DNA of 63,048 nucleotides, filler included, from Octopus bimaculoides (lineage: Eukaryota): the NCBI RefSeq assembly GCF_001194135.2. It is 5 parts of 4 records of this genome, joined end to end, with 100 filler letters (N's around TTAATTAATTAA, not from the genome) between each part and the next. Parts side by side here need not be neighbours in the genome. Positions count along the whole stretch, not along the records: positions 58,192 to 63,048 come from NC_069006.1; 4 more parts are not named here. One strand, 5' to 3'. A program made the translations under genes and the position numbers. The notes under the pieces were generated by a model. The model saw only the letters and a list, made by a program, of their open reading frames with translations. It was not told where the DNA came from and searched no databases. Shown here in pieces: positions 60,483 to 63,048 of the stretch; the first letter of the stretch is position 1, and each line of letters opens with the position of its first letter.

Positions 60483-61901
60483 GCATATGTCTACTACACA
60501 NNNNNNNNNNNNNNNNNNNNNNNNNNNNNNNNNNNNNNNNNNNNNNNNNNNNNNNNNNNNNNNNNNNNNNNNNNNNNNNNNNNNNNNNNNNNNNNNNNNN
60601 NNNNNNNNNNNNNNNNNNNNNNNNNNNNNNNNNNNNNNNNNNNNNNNNNNNNNNNNNNNNNNNNNNNNNNNNNNNNNNNNNNNNNNNNNNNNNNNNNNNN
60701 NNNNNNNNNNNNNNNNNNNNNNNNNNNNNNNNNNNNNNNNNNNNNNNNNNNNNNNNNNNNNNNNNNNNNNNNNNNNNNNNNNNNNNNNNNNNNNNNNNNN
60801 NNNNNNNNNNNNNNNNNNNNNNNNNNNNNNNNNNNNNNNNNNNNNNNNNNNNNNNNNNNNNNNNNNNNNNNNNNNNNNNNNNNNNNNNNNNNNNNNNNNN
60901 NNNNNNNNNNNNNNNNNNNNNNNNNNNNNNNNNNNNNNNNNNNNNNNNNNNNNNNNNNNNNNNNNNNNNNNATATTGCTATTCGCTTGTAGTAATTAATC
61001 AAATTGATTTAGTTAAATTGAATTAAATTTTGTTGATTTTATAATGCAAGTGATGAATTGAAGCAATTGTAGGTCTAGTCTTGTCAATATATTAATAAAC
61101 CTTTATTAATCTTATCTCCATCTTCTCTCTTGGTTTTTAGAATATTAATAATAATATGCATGTCTGTACCTACATTGTTAAGTATTCAACCAATCTCATC
61201 TTGGTTATTTAGTTCTCCTCTGTCACTTTCTCTAAACGGTATAATTTTTGCTAATGCAGGTTCCCATACATACATGCGCACATGCACACACACACACACA
61301 TTATCTTTGTGTGTGTGTGTGTGTGTTTGTATTATTGTATGTATAAGTGTATTCCTTTGTACATACATTCCCATACATATGCAGGCATACGAGTACACAC
61401 ACATCTGTATCTGTCTTTATCTCTGCCTGTCAAGCTATTGTTATCTCCTCCGCATCCGCCTTGAGTCGCAAGTGCTCAGCCCGCAAGATTTCCGAGCAAG
61501 TGATGTCCTACTGTTCTTAGCTGACTCACCTTATCCAGGCTCCTTGTTGGCTGAGTTCCACAATCCCACTATCTCGCTAGTCCCAGCTTTGTCTACGCCT
61601 GCAGGAATTACTTAGGGACGCTGTCACTTATTTCCTTTGGTGTAAGCAACCTAGCAGGCTGGAAAATCCCTCCCCGAGCCTGAGCACCCTATCTGTACGA
61701 TTGCAGTAAGAACTCTCTGCTTCAACTGTCACTGTGGCATCTGTAACTCTCCAGCCGAAAACCACTTTCATACCAGACAAGCTCCAATGCTAGCTTCTTC
61801 TCCCTTACTATCCTTAGAACTTCTATATACTTCATGGCTTCTCTTGTTCGTACCAATACAAATTCCCTTAAGAGATTGCTCAATGGCAGTCATAAAATAT
61901 A

Positions 61902-62114
61902 CCAGGAAATGCTGAAAAGTTCCTTTCTTTGAGTAAAGCAAATACAGGATTATTGGTTAATTATGATTTTATCCAACATATTCCCCTATCAGATTCACAC
62001 ACTTATCGCAGCGGTCCTTCAGTTTATCTAAGCTCTGTAAAAGAACTCAGAAAGTTGGGTCTCCAACGAGGCCTTTCGCGATACTCTTAAAGCCAGGAAC
62101 TTTCCAGCATCTCG
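61902..62114 (-). mobile_element. mariner-derived MITE (same family as 45761-45948)
   Basis: TA|ccaggaaatgctgaaaagttcc ... ggaactttccagcatctcg|TA; internal sequence is the reverse complement of the 45.8 kb copy. Confidence 0.85.
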
Positions 62115-62233
62115 TAGTGTGAACGGTAAAGAACGATACTGTTTGTGCTGAATGATGTGCCAAGGCCACCCCTCCACAGCCTACTGATCACCTTCCGCAG
62201 ATCTTCCACAGTTGACTTACTGGCTTATTATTG

Positions 62234-62754
62234 TATATATCAATTCTATAAATTTGAGTGATGTTTCTCTGTCCGTTACGTTTTTATGTTCGTTAACTCC
62301 TCCAAGACCGTTGGTGCAAGGACAACGAAACTCAAACCAGTAACTTCCTTAATCCCAGGGAATGTCCTAAGGGGGTTTACTTTTTAAGGGCTGCATGATT
62401 AGGGCCTACTGACCCTACTATTTTTACTGCTGACCAAATCGGAACAACGACAATGAATTTCATACCATGAACTCCCAGGGAGTATCACAAGGAGTTCAGT
62501 TTCTGGAGGGCCGGTGAAATGGGGCTCCCAGTGAACCCCCCCCCCCCACCTATTTTTATTGCATTTACCTCACTCCTATGCTTATTGATTAAACTATGAT
62601 CAACATCAGTGCTTAAACACATTTGCAGAAATAAGTTTCACTACACAAAGGTAGAGGGCTGCGAAGCGGCTCGATAGTGGGGCCGAAGGCCTCAAAGGTG
62701 CCTTCCGCAGGAGCTAGCATAATACACATTCCGCAGGAGCGGCTTCAAGGCTAG
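62234..62754 (+). mobile_element. Non-autonomous Helitron-like element
   Basis: 5' part tctataaatttgagtgatgtttctctgtccgtt..aactcctcc..; 3' GC-rich hairpins GGGCTGC-gaa-GCGGCTC (62656-62672) and GGGGCC-gaa-GGCCTC (62679-62693); terminates CTAG|T (62751-62755). The 5' boundary is uncertain. Confidence 0.55.
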
Positions 62755-62993
62755 TATAATATGTATGTGTGAGTATGTGTGTGTGAATTGATAAAGATTG
62801 CATTTATAAATTCATATATTTGCATACTAAAGGAATAAAAGATTGATTTTGTATGATTGTATTGTATCTAAATACCTGTATAAGTATTTTATTTGTATGT
62901 CTATGCATTAGATAGATGTATAGATAGATAAATAGGTAGATCGATAGATATGCATATATATATTTATATACATAAATGTATATATATATGGCT

Positions 62994-63048
<55 letters not shown>

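Noticed and set aside
850-61026. Long ORFs in the track (for example 23839-25002, 34824-36042, 47878-48935)
   Set aside because: They are open only because they run through N gaps; the flanks are microsatellite or SINE sequence.

Overview
AT-rich, microsatellite-dense animal genomic DNA with many assembly gaps. It is mostly intronic or intergenic, and the repeat make-up suggests an Octopus-like cephalopod (inference from recalled repeat motifs, not checked). Only one host coding exon is well supported: a phase-1/phase-1 exon on the minus strand (40545-40676) encoding the N-terminal half of a Ly6/uPAR three-finger domain of the quiver/sleepless type. Its signal-peptide and C-terminal exons could not be found with confidence. 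The rest is a layered fossil record of mobile DNA: at least four tRNA-headed SINE-like families plus an RTE-tailed repeat; mariner (DD34D), rosa-type (DD41D), IR-DR Tc1, Tigger, piggyBac-like and Helitron-like elements; LINE fragments (R4/Dong, CRE-like, Tx1/L1, RTE, Jockey-group); and three Penelope-like GIY-YIG remnants. The most interesting signals are three different short repeats with minimal type I hammerhead-ribozyme motifs (all mutated or cut by a gap here), R4/Dong fragments and SINEs sharing (TAA)n targets in opposite polarity, a candidate 21-nt micro-exon, a decayed ~350-390 bp tandem array and a perfect 44-bp palindrome. No CRISPR array, rRNA or intact tRNA gene is seen, and almost all ORFs in the supplied track are microsatellite or N-gap artefacts. 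All alignments were done by eye; coordinates of degenerate repeats are approximate.
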